From IMG/VR virus record IMGVR_UViG_3300025732_000054, positions 1 through 53,862 of that record: a stretch of DNA of 53,862 bases; one strand, written 5' to 3'. The DNA comes from a virus (taxonomy: Duplodnaviria; Caudoviricetes). The notes beneath the pieces are model-generated. The model was not told the origin of the DNA. It saw nothing but the letters and a program-made list of their open reading frames with translations, and searched no databases. Both the position numbers and the translations under genes were made by a program. Of this stretch, positions 30,189 through 40,500 are shown piece by piece. Each line of letters opens with the position of its first letter. Positions within the stretch are counted from its first letter, which is position 1.

Positions 30189-32150
30189 ATGGCATTCCAA
30201 TACTTCTCAAAACTACCAGTAATAGATTACCCTATATCCCAAACCCAAACTAAACGGGGAAGGGATATTCTCCACAGATTTTTTGTGGACCAAAGATATG
30301 CAAAGATGAATGAATACCTTATGCAGTATAGGGCTGAAGACGGAGACGCCTTGGATGTTATTTCTGCTAAACTATACAAAAGAGCGGATTACCATTCTAT
30401 CATAATGTTCATAAATCCTGCCAAGGGGGTGTTTGGTGGTGGGTTGCCTGTTAGTTCTGCGGTACAAGAAGAATATATGGATGCTGTTTACGGCGACACC
30501 GTTCATGTATTAGATCCTATTTTGCCACCGGCAGTCATATACGATTGGGCACCAGTAACACCAACTTTCAATGTTCCTGAAATTAAATCTAAACTAGAAA
30601 GTATCCGTGCGGAACCGTACATCTATGTTTCGCAAAACGAATTTGGGGGACAACTTCTTTCAGGAGTTATTGACCCGAGCAATGTGGTAAGTTTGATACA
30701 GGGTAAGTACGGCAGCAATCCTAGTGGATGGGGAATGTTGGATTTTGAAATTCCGTTCCAATCTGTATTGGAAGCAGGACCGTCAACTGGTGGATATGCT
30801 ACATGCGTAAACAGTCTTGTAAGCACAATGGAGGCGGTAAAATCCGCATTCCCACGGGTCCGTTGGACATACTATGGATTTCCTGGTCTGTCCTATTATC
30901 CAGGTGCTGGAAATCTATGGGCTTTTGCCAGCGAATCGGCACGAAAAACAGAAATCGAAAAACAGATTCTTGGTTTTAGTCCAGTTTTACGGGTAATGGA
31001 TTGGTATTCACCTTCTGTATATGATGTATTCGACCAGAGCCATCCCGCTATGTCTGTGGGGGATGCTGCTCAACACAATGTGAACGAGCGAGAGTATCGA
31101 ATTGCCCGTGTAGGGGTAGTGAAAGAATTTCTAAGCAGAAATGGGTTGGGGCATCGCCCCATACTGCCAGCCGTTTCACCGTTCTTTGCGCCTGGTGGGG
31201 GGCCAAGTGGAGTAACTCTAGAAAATAAAAAGATTCCGTTCACCCAAATGGTACAAGATCAGATTCTTCCGTTAACAGAAGCAGGGTGTAACGGAGTTGC
31301 CATATGGTCTGCTGCTGATTTTTATGCGGCACAAGCGCTCACAGGAACTGATGCTGGGAATTCCATACAAGTCCGAGTTCGTCCCATATATACGGTTGAC
31401 TACTTTGCTGGAATAACTCCTGGAGACTCGGGAACTCCTGGGTGGACGGCGGCGGCAACCCGAACCAAACTGTTGACTGGTCTAGGGAATGCCGTGGCAG
31501 ACATGGCCGTGGCAGCAGCAGGCAATAGCGGACTACAAGAGGGGCGTGACATCTACCCCATCTTTGGTTACGGTTTGGAAGAGGGAGAAACGGTATTCTC
31601 TTGGTTCCCCGCCAATCCCAATCAAGAGGTGGATACAGAAACGGCTGCGGTGGTAAGAGAATGGAATCCACGCCTAATGACCGTAAAATTGGACCAAACA
31701 CGGGGATCGTTTCCTGTGGGTGGAGTTATAGGAAATGAAAGCAAAACTGCCCTGTTCCGTGTGACTAAAAAGATCCAAGAGAAGGATGCCGTTCACCATT
31801 TCGAGGCAATACAAGATACTTTCAATGGAACTCCGCTGAAGAAAGGATCTATTATTGATCCCCTGTCTGCGGTGTATCCTGTTAGTGGCGGAGTGGTATT
31901 GACGCCAATAGGTAATCCTGGTATTTGCGGTGGATCGACTGGCTCTTATTTCAACAGCCTTGTGTGTCTACACAACACAATTGGTATTCCTCCTGCCATA
32001 TCTCCGTATATCAAAGCCGTTTCCAATCAGGAACAGGAATACAGAAATATTGAAAGCAATAGAAACATGATCGTTCCTTCCAACAATCCAAATCTGCTAG
32101 AAGGTTTAGTGACCGCAGTGGAAGAAATACTTGATGGAGTTCAAAGATAA
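30189..32150 (+). CDS. gp53: baseplate wedge gp53-like protein with a large inserted glycoside-hydrolase-like domain
   Basis: N-terminal YFSKLPVIDY...DGDALDVISAKLY...IIMFIN and C-terminal AVHHFE...VSNQEQE...IESNR match gp53; about 330 extra internal residues. Confidence 0.8.
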   Translation: MAFQYFSKLPVIDYPISQTQTKRGRDILHRFFVDQRYAKMNEYLMQYRAEDGDALDVISAKLYKRADYHSIIMFINPAKGVFGGGLPVSSAVQEEYMDAVYGDTVHVLDPILPPAVIYDWAPVTPTFNVPEIKSKLESIRAEPYIYVSQNEFGGQLLSGVIDPSNVVSLIQGKYGSNPSGWGMLDFEIPFQSVLEAGPSTGGYATCVNSLVSTMEAVKSAFPRVRWTYYGFPGLSYYPGAGNLWAFASESARKTEIEKQILGFSPVLRVMDWYSPSVYDVFDQSHPAMSVGDAAQHNVNEREYRIARVGVVKEFLSRNGLGHRPILPAVSPFFAPGGGPSGVTLENKKIPFTQMVQDQILPLTEAGCNGVAIWSAADFYAAQALTGTDAGNSIQVRVRPIYTVDYFAGITPGDSGTPGWTAAATRTKLLTGLGNAVADMAVAAAGNSGLQEGRDIYPIFGYGLEEGETVFSWFPANPNQEVDTETAAVVREWNPRLMTVKLDQTRGSFPVGGVIGNESKTALFRVTKKIQEKDAVHHFEAIQDTFNGTPLKKGSIIDPLSAVYPVSGGVVLTPIGNPGICGGSTGSYFNSLVCLHNTIGIPPAISPYIKAVSNQEQEYRNIESNRNMIVPSNNPNLLEGLVTAVEEILDGVQR

Positions 32151-33583
32151 TGTCTAGACCATACAGCAAACCACTAGACTATATTGTAGATTTCGTTGGT
32201 ATATCGAGCACTAAATCAGACGACAAAGAAGTTATCGTTTTACACGATGACTCGAAGGATATAATGCGGTGGAATGCTATTAATGTATATGAAGATATTT
32301 TTAGAAATTTTATGACATGCGAAATAGCAATATTAGATCAAGATGGTGGATTTTTGGATCGTATACGCACCGAAGAAATGATTACAATCAAATTCAGAAC
32401 TCCAGGAAAATCACCAAGAACACATTACTTTTATTTGTACAAAGTCAATCCGATTATCCCCCTAGACAAAATCATGGGTGCTCAATATGTTATACATGGA
32501 ATCTCCGTGGAATTTTTTGCCAATTCTCTTAGGGCTTTTTCCAAATCATATTCTGGAAAAACAGAAGACATGGTTAGAGAAATTTACAGTGAATTTTTAC
32601 TATCAAAAACAGAAAAACTTAAGAAAAAGTTATATCTTGGAAATATCGAAGATTCTAAAACAAAGTATGATATGAAATTTTCTTTTCCATATGTAAATCC
32701 CGTGGAAGCAATAAATCATATGGCATCTGTTTCTATAAACGAAAAGAACTCGTTTGCTTGTAATTACATATTTTATGAAAATAGGGACGGATTTTGGTAC
32801 ACCTGTTTAGAAGAGATATTCAAAAATCCAGACTTTAGCACTGAGGGAGCAGTAAGACGAACACACACCTATATTTCATCACAAACGCTAACAGAATCTT
32901 ATCTTGATTTTTTGAAACATTTCAACAACACCATACGAGTAGAACCTCAAAACACCGGTGATAAAATCGTAGACACTATTGATGGGGTGTATGGTGAATA
33001 CTTTTCAGAGTTTGATCTTTTATATAAAAAGTATACGCCGTATATCAATCCGGATAAAAATACAACTAAGTACCTTGATGTTAAACCGGCAGAGGGCCAG
33101 CGTTATTTAGACTACTTCGACAAAACAGCCCATGCCGAAAAGAGCATCAAACCACTTCTTTCAAAAGATAACGAAATATTTCATTACCCCTTGGGAAGAA
33201 ATCGTGTGTGTTTTACTAATGGTGCTCTATATTCTGATCCTGTAAAAGATCCTAATAATTCGTCTAGAATCACAGGATGGAAATTGTACGACACCCATGA
33301 GGGAGAATATTCTTTTCTCCGAAGATCACAGATGCAACAGATAAACCTATTCACTGTTCAGATTACTGTTCCAGGAAATACAGACATTACGGTTGGAGAC
33401 TCTGTTAATCTTAATGCTGCCATATACAGATCAGGTGACGGTACTTTTATTGGAGGCAAATACCTAGTGATCGCCGTAACTCATAAGATTATTCCATCGG
33501 GATATCAATCTGTTGTAACTCTTGCCAGAGACGGTGTTCGCTATAGGGAGTTTGATACTAAAACCGAAGGTAAAGCGGTATGA
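32150..33583 (+). CDS. baseplate hub protein (gp27/late-control-D-like)
   Basis: INVYEDIF...SKSYSG...YIFYENRDGF...ITVPGNTDITVGD...GKYLVIAVTHKI; precedes gp5. Confidence 0.8.
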   Translation: MSRPYSKPLDYIVDFVGISSTKSDDKEVIVLHDDSKDIMRWNAINVYEDIFRNFMTCEIAILDQDGGFLDRIRTEEMITIKFRTPGKSPRTHYFYLYKVNPIIPLDKIMGAQYVIHGISVEFFANSLRAFSKSYSGKTEDMVREIYSEFLLSKTEKLKKKLYLGNIEDSKTKYDMKFSFPYVNPVEAINHMASVSINEKNSFACNYIFYENRDGFWYTCLEEIFKNPDFSTEGAVRRTHTYISSQTLTESYLDFLKHFNNTIRVEPQNTGDKIVDTIDGVYGEYFSEFDLLYKKYTPYINPDKNTTKYLDVKPAEGQRYLDYFDKTAHAEKSIKPLLSKDNEIFHYPLGRNRVCFTNGALYSDPVKDPNNSSRITGWKLYDTHEGEYSFLRRSQMQQINLFTVQITVPGNTDITVGDSVNLNAAIYRSGDGTFIGGKYLVIAVTHKIIPSGYQSVVTLARDGVRYREFDTKTEGKAV

Positions 33584-33596
33584 TAAAGGATAAAAT

Positions 33597-35822
33597 ATGA
33601 GTGCAGTAGAATACATTTCTAGAAACGAATTTGTATGGTGGCAAGGGATGGTGGAAGATGTTCACGATCCGATGAAAGCCGGTCGGGTTCGTGTTCGTGT
33701 TATAGGTTGGCACAATCCCGACAAAGGCCAACTACCAACAACAGATTTGCCTTGGGCTCTCGCAATCATGCCTGTCACTAGTGCCAGCAGTTCTGGCATA
33801 GGGCATTCCAGCACAGGGCTTGTGCCTGGTTCATTGGTTATTGGTTTTTTCCGTGACGGTCAACTGGCACAGCAACCAGTGATTTTCGGCTCCATACTCG
33901 GTATTCCTCTAGAAGGACCACCTGGATCTTCGTTTGGCTATGGAGATCCACGACTGACTGTTGCCACTGGTGGTCTGTACAAACCCAACACCGCAATGCT
34001 TGGATCGAGTGGAGAGATTGGAAGATTCTCCCCACGATCGGGACACTATGTGGGAGAAACTTTTGATCCTGGAGAAGACCTTGGTTTGACCGAAGAAATC
34101 AAAAGCGTCGGTGGTATTGCCAAGTACGAATACGATTTCTATGGCAAAGGCATTATCCATGCCAATTCCGAATACGGAAATATCTATCCTCGTTATTGGG
34201 GTGGTCCCACAGGCAGCATATCACCAATAACCGATGTGAATGCGCTTGCGGGAGGCTGTGGACCAACTCATGGATCTAAAATCCTACAGGAGTATATTAT
34301 TGATCGGGCATCCCTGGGAACTGTGCTGCCTGTTCCGAAGTTCCGTCCTGTTTATGAAATACCCCTAATGGGATATGATGTTCCTGTAACAGATCTTTTA
34401 CAATCCTTGGACGGTGGTGGAATCAATGAAACCACCATCAAAAAGTTTGACTTGGGTGCTGGTGGTGGTTTCAGAACCGGAGACGACATCTTTGGAAAAT
34501 ATGGTGGACTGCCGCCGCTGCCTGATGGAGTTTCTTCTGGGAACGAGTTATTCGCATCGGCAGGAGATTTGGAAAATGCCGGAAATCCATTCTATGGGTT
34601 TGAAACTACAACTACCATGCGTGGAAACGAGTATTTCGAGCGGATATTCGGAGCAACAACAGAATACATTACAGTTGAAAGGGATCGTGAAGGAAATCCC
34701 AATTACATTGTAGACAAAGAGAATCCTTGGGTGTTTACACAGCCCCAAGGGACAACCCTTACACGGCAATATCCGTACAACCATGTTTACGAAACAGAAT
34801 CTGGTCACATCATGGAGTTTGATGACACCAATGGCGGAGAGCGGATAAAGATTGCCCACAGATTGGGAACTTCCGAAGAGATAATTGAAGACGGCTCCAA
34901 GATAGAGCAAGTGATAAACGACAAGTATACCCGAATACTTGGGGACCACAACACTGTAGTGGGAGGAAACTCCATATTTTTTGGTGAGCGTGGATTCAAG
35001 GCAATTATTAATGCCGAAGCCATTTACTATCCACGGGACACGGAACTACAAGGCAGACCAGCCGCACTCACTCCACAAGGTGATACAGGTGACGATCCGT
35101 TTGTGTACGGTCCAGGATTCTTGGGAACCGCAGAAGTTGGTGGACCAGGTTGGTGGGATGGGGAAACCTATCCGGATGGTTCGACTCCTGAAGATTCCCA
35201 ATTCTTTATAGATCCCCAGCGAGAGCGGGACATCTTTGGTGGAAATTACGAGTTAGACATACCCAGAGGAGTGAGCCTGGATCCTGGAATAACTTTCCAC
35301 GGTGGCTATCGTGGCTTGCCTCGTATGAATTTTTTCAAGGGTGGAAATACGGACATCATCGTGGCATACGGAAATGTGAACCTCCATATCATGCGGGGGA
35401 ACGCCAATGTTCGTGTAGACGATGGTGATATGAACTTGGAACTGCTTAATGGGGACATGAAATCTTATATCTCTGGAAACCACTTTCAAAGAATTGACGG
35501 GAGCGAAGTTCGTTATATTGCTGGCAATAAATATGATATTGTCCGTGGAACTGCTAGACAAATAGCACAGAATCAAGAAGTAACGACTAGAGGTGGTGTC
35601 GGAATACTGAACAACTATGTCTCGTTGGACTTTACTATAAGAAATATTGGAGGCGATTCTTCCCTGTCTAGCCCTAGCGGAAACGGTCCTGTTGCTGGTG
35701 CCGGAGGCGGAGGAAGCGATCAGGAATTGCGTGGACTGAACGAAGACATAGCCAACTTTGGAGGCCAAGTTCCACCAGTATTTCCTGTTGTTGGTGGGTT
35801 TGGCGGAGGAGGTCTACCATGA
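33597..35822 (+). CDS. gp5: baseplate central spike gp5-like
   Basis: OB fold FVWWQGMVEDVHDPMKAGRVRVRVIGWH...LPWA...GFFRDG..AQQPVIFG; YPYNHVYETESGHIMEFDDT; C-terminal beta-helix repeats. Confidence 0.95.
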   Translation: MSAVEYISRNEFVWWQGMVEDVHDPMKAGRVRVRVIGWHNPDKGQLPTTDLPWALAIMPVTSASSSGIGHSSTGLVPGSLVIGFFRDGQLAQQPVIFGSILGIPLEGPPGSSFGYGDPRLTVATGGLYKPNTAMLGSSGEIGRFSPRSGHYVGETFDPGEDLGLTEEIKSVGGIAKYEYDFYGKGIIHANSEYGNIYPRYWGGPTGSISPITDVNALAGGCGPTHGSKILQEYIIDRASLGTVLPVPKFRPVYEIPLMGYDVPVTDLLQSLDGGGINETTIKKFDLGAGGGFRTGDDIFGKYGGLPPLPDGVSSGNELFASAGDLENAGNPFYGFETTTTMRGNEYFERIFGATTEYITVERDREGNPNYIVDKENPWVFTQPQGTTLTRQYPYNHVYETESGHIMEFDDTNGGERIKIAHRLGTSEEIIEDGSKIEQVINDKYTRILGDHNTVVGGNSIFFGERGFKAIINAEAIYYPRDTELQGRPAALTPQGDTGDDPFVYGPGFLGTAEVGGPGWWDGETYPDGSTPEDSQFFIDPQRERDIFGGNYELDIPRGVSLDPGITFHGGYRGLPRMNFFKGGNTDIIVAYGNVNLHIMRGNANVRVDDGDMNLELLNGDMKSYISGNHFQRIDGSEVRYIAGNKYDIVRGTARQIAQNQEVTTRGGVGILNNYVSLDFTIRNIGGDSSLSSPSGNGPVAGAGGGGSDQELRGLNEDIANFGGQVPPVFPVVGGFGGGGLP

Positions 35823-37567
35823 AAAACAGAAAACCTGATATTGCTTTTTCTGGCGTAGGTTTAACTCCAGAGCAAAGGGCATTCGTAAACTCGGTCATAA
35901 ACGGCAAAGGGTTCAAAAATCCCATTGAAGATAAGATACGATCCCTGTATCGTTCAGTTGTTCGTGGTATAGAGCAGTTGAATGAACCAAACTTGTTTGG
36001 AGACGATAATCTGTCTTTGGATTATCAAGATCTTTTCCAGATGAAACTTGAAAATCTTCAAATTGCCATTGTCGAGTATTGGAAGCACTCCAACAAATTG
36101 TCTGGTGTCGTGGATTCTGAAATTCCTGAACTCGGCGAGTTTGATGCGATATACGCAACAACAACACCCCCACCACCACGGAAAAAGATATATGGAACCG
36201 ACCGAACAGAATCCACTTCTCCTCTAGACAAAAATAAAGTCGGTTGTCTTCAGAATATAGCAGAATTTTACGATCGGCTTGTGACCTCTGTTAATTACTG
36301 TACTGCTAGATCAGAGATGAACCAGTCTCCAGATTGCGATTTTGCTCCATTCGGCAGCATACTCGGAGACTCAGATCGCATAATAAGTGGAGTAGACCGT
36401 GGAGTGGAATGTGGACCAGGCTGCTGTGATCCGTGTACACAACTCCCGTGTACGGGTCTTGAGCCTGTATGTTTTGGCTTGGATGGAATTGTGGATCACA
36501 TTATTTCCATAAGAAATTCTGTTGGTGGTCAGCGTGGAATAGATTCGGCACTTCAGGTTGCCTATCAGTACTCTTTGGGTGTTGACAGATTGACCGCAGA
36601 GTTCCAGTGCCTTATTAATCGTGACGATCTGAATTACTGTAAAGAAACAAAATATGCCGAAAGATTCGCTCTTGCCCGCCGAATTGCGAATGATCTCGCA
36701 CAGGGAGACAGCAATTTGGCACAGATAATGAATGTCATGTTTAATGACAGATTTGTCTTGAAAAAGCCTATCGCCCCTAGATTAATTCTGGATGAAAGAA
36801 TTCGGAAAAAGATAGAGCAGTTACTACGTTCTAAAGAGTTGAGTCAACTAAAATATGACGAACCGGACGATACTTGTGGTTGCCCCGAATATTTCCCGCC
36901 AGATCCTCCAAAATTACCAAGAAGAAGACGACCAGGACTTCCGCCAGCACCAGTGGCTAGACCAAGAATTCCACCACCGCTTCCTCCTCCTCCGGCGAGA
37001 TTCAAGGCTCCTCAACTTCCCAGTGCTATTCCTCCGCTTGTGGCCCCTCCACCTGCCATATTCATCTCTCCGGCCATAACGGACGAGGGAGGGCCAACAG
37101 AAGAAGAAGAAACCACCACACTGCCTCCAGACGGGACGGTAGAGGATGTCACCACCGAATCGCCACCTGGAAACGATGTGGGTGACGGAATTTTTGAATC
37201 CACGGTTTGCTGTATTGGAAGCATTGGTGGAGCGGGCACAGATTCGTCCTTGTCTAGTCATGCCGAGAGCAGCATAATAACAGGAGAATTTCGTGCCGGG
37301 TGTTTCCCGTGTTGTGATTCCAGTGGAGGGTTTAAACTTATTGCTCAACAAAGGGGAGGAAAATTTGGATTTTGCGAGCGTGGTGGCCTACAGATATGTG
37401 TATGCCAGGCAAAACGAAATCCGTCCAACCCGTGTTATACACCAGAAGGAGTGATGTCTCCACCCGGATCCAACCTATCTCTTGTAGGAGAGTTTAAGAA
37501 AGAACCATTGCCTCTTCAGTATGTTAGTCCGGAAGATTATTACGATGCGGAACTAGTCCCTACATAA
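35819..37567 (+). CDS. Cys- and Pro-rich hypothetical structural protein
   Basis: ATGA overlap with gp5; long ORF. Confidence 0.8.
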   Translation: MKNRKPDIAFSGVGLTPEQRAFVNSVINGKGFKNPIEDKIRSLYRSVVRGIEQLNEPNLFGDDNLSLDYQDLFQMKLENLQIAIVEYWKHSNKLSGVVDSEIPELGEFDAIYATTTPPPPRKKIYGTDRTESTSPLDKNKVGCLQNIAEFYDRLVTSVNYCTARSEMNQSPDCDFAPFGSILGDSDRIISGVDRGVECGPGCCDPCTQLPCTGLEPVCFGLDGIVDHIISIRNSVGGQRGIDSALQVAYQYSLGVDRLTAEFQCLINRDDLNYCKETKYAERFALARRIANDLAQGDSNLAQIMNVMFNDRFVLKKPIAPRLILDERIRKKIEQLLRSKELSQLKYDEPDDTCGCPEYFPPDPPKLPRRRRPGLPPAPVARPRIPPPLPPPPARFKAPQLPSAIPPLVAPPPAIFISPAITDEGGPTEEEETTTLPPDGTVEDVTTESPPGNDVGDGIFESTVCCIGSIGGAGTDSSLSSHAESSIITGEFRAGCFPCCDSSGGFKLIAQQRGGKFGFCERGGLQICVCQAKRNPSNPCYTPEGVMSPPGSNLSLVGEFKKEPLPLQYVSPEDYYDAELVPT

Positions 37568-37586
37568 TACGATAAATGGAGACATT

Positions 37587-40500
37587 ATGGCCGAAAGACC
37601 CCTTGTAATTAATGCCAAAGTTATAAACCTGCTTAATGCTGCTCCGGTAAGAAACTTACGGCCAGCACTGGGTTCGTTGATCCAGAGAAAAACACTGGAT
37701 GTGGGGTGCTATCCGTTTCCGTTCATGGTCAATGAGCAGAATGTTCCATTGGACGGGCGGGTTGTTGGGGGTGTTACTCTGGACACACGACCTGTTCCGT
37801 ATTGGTGTTCCGAAAATGCGTATGCCACAAAATACGGGGACGCCACCTATAACAACGGGGACATAGTATGGTCTGGTGGAGCGGGGGGAATTAAACAAAA
37901 AGGAACCGGTAATTCTGGAATCATTATTCCTAATGCTTTCCGATACGATTCTGTTCTGGGTGTCACCTATCCCACACGACGGGTAAACATGTCCTTTGTG
38001 GGAATGGAAGAAACAGTTCCCGTGGAATGGGAAAATCTAAAGAATGCCTATTATGCCGGAGGGGTCACTTTCACAGGGGAAGACGGGGTGACTCTAGGAA
38101 TAGCCTCCAATGTGCTTTTCAAGGTATGGACAGGTCTGACATTTGAACAGAGAACCATCGTGGGGGGTAGTGGTGTAACCTATGTTCTTAAACCCATGAG
38201 CAATTACATTTTGGGTGGAGGCACATACAGCCAGTCTTTGGCCCTGTACAACTACCAGTGCCTGGATCAGATATTCAATTCTCCGTTCATAACCCAAGTG
38301 GGAGGAGATCCCAATACTTTTTGGGAAGGCAGCGGATACGGATTGTCTTTCGGGGTGAGTGCTGGTACTACCGGTGAGTTGTTTCTCCTTAACGCAGTTT
38401 ATGCCGGAAATAATCCAAACCTTGCGGGATCATATTACCTTGAAAATGCTGGCTCTTGTGCTGATTTTCCGTACAGCCAGTTTTTCTTAGGGGCCACTGC
38501 GGGATCGACATTCTCGGGCAGACAACTGGCAATAAACATGGCTGGTGCTGGTGGGGTGGTTCCGTTTTTGAGGGCAGACGAACCGTATCCTGGAAGAAGT
38601 TTTATTGATACTATGGCATTAATATTGGGAACAAACCAAACCGTAGTCACGCTGGTGACTGGCGGAACTGCCTCTATACGCAGCATTGATTTTAACAATC
38701 CATGCTCTTCTTCTTTGCTTTATCGTGAAGACACGGAACTTGGTCGTTGGGGTTATGACATTGAAAGAATAAATCTGGAATACCAAACAACACCCCCACC
38801 AATACCCACGGATTTTGGATGCCATATAGGATCGTTCATAGAGTATATGAGCGGACCTACTGCTATACAAAATGGATTGTACCACCCGCTTTCCCTGATG
38901 TTCTGGAGGCAGATCAGTAGTGGAACAGATGTTCAGGGTACTATCAACGATTATGTTGGAGATGATCCCCTTTCTAGTGAGCCTGTAATTAACAAGTTAG
39001 AGGGCATACACGACTACTTGTGTTACGAGTATTACTCTGGGAGTACCTTGGAGTCCCGTGTTTACTATCCCATAAGACCCATAACAAAACAGTGGTATGA
39101 TTCTAATTTTATTCCTGCTTACAACAGCAATGGTGGAGGAGATTCAGAAACCGTGGGAGGGTTTGGAACCACTCTTGAAAACAAATTCTCGGTAGGTTTT
39201 CCTGAAGCGTTTAGGGGAGATGGATCTGTAAATGATCCCATAAGCCTAAAATATTTGGAAGAGAATCCAACCAATACAAATACGAATTTCGATTTTGTGG
39301 GAACATCTAGTTTAACGGGGGTCACGGGTGTGGCTTTCCCGTATATGATTCCAATCTTTACTTATGGAATGAAAGGAATACCTAATAAAACCCTTGATAT
39401 ACAGGGAGAGTTCCAAAACTTTGAGTCGTCGTGGAACAGAGATCTCTTCGGGGTGGGGGATGAATCACTAAATTCGGAACTGTATCCGTATTATGCCGAT
39501 GGTGTTTCTTCGGGAGCAGATTTTCGTAGTGATGCGATTTCTCCATACAATTTTGAAACACTAGATGGTAAACACAACTTCAGACTTTACTCTTGGGATG
39601 CCCTGAACAAGATTTCTCCAAATGACACATCCGGATCTCCCGTAAGAAGTTCTTTCTCCGCTCTCCCTGAAGGCGACGGGTTGGGCAGATTGACTTATAA
39701 ACAAACAGGAGCAAATCAGAGGATAGAAATGGACGGAACCGAAGTTTCGGTAGACCCACTACTGTTTCCTCCCGCTGTATTGCCCAGTGAACCAATTAGT
39801 GGATTAAAAGTAAACGGTATTAATCTGGGTTGTGATGCGTATGTTAATCTTGTTCGGTATGCGAATTCTGTGTCACTAGACAACACAACACCTGGTCTGA
39901 CAGCCAAACGAGTTCTTCTGGCTTCCAAAGATTTGAGCGATTCTACACAGACCTTTGCCGAATTTGAGGGTGGTTCCGAATTTTTGGATGATCCCCAACA
40001 AGTATTTACTAGAACTGGAGATGCCCCTAACGCATCCAACAATTTCTATACTCCTGTTCCTGACAGTGGTGATTTATCCTCTGGCGGTAATTTCTTCTTT
40101 AGAACGGCTGGTTCCACTCTTACTGTATTCGGTGGCTCTTACTACCTCACACCATCAGACTATGTGACCAAATACGTGGGTGGAACTGAATTTGCTGGAA
40201 ACTGGTGGGAAAATGTCTCAGTCCCCCCAGATCAAATTGATGGAATAGCAGCACTAATTTCTGAGTTGCTGTCGGCTCCGAATCCTGGAGATGTCTGGTC
40301 GTCAGATACAACCACTAATCTTTTTAAAGGAAGTCCATACAATTTCGAGTCAGAAGCCCCAAATGGGACAGGGGGTATTGCTGCTGCGTTGGGAGGAGAA
40401 AATCGTTTACACCCAGCATTTGTGTATCGTTTACTGACATCCTCTGCTCTGGGTTCTAATCCTTTTTATACTGAGAGTTGTTTAGAAAGTTGGTCTTATG

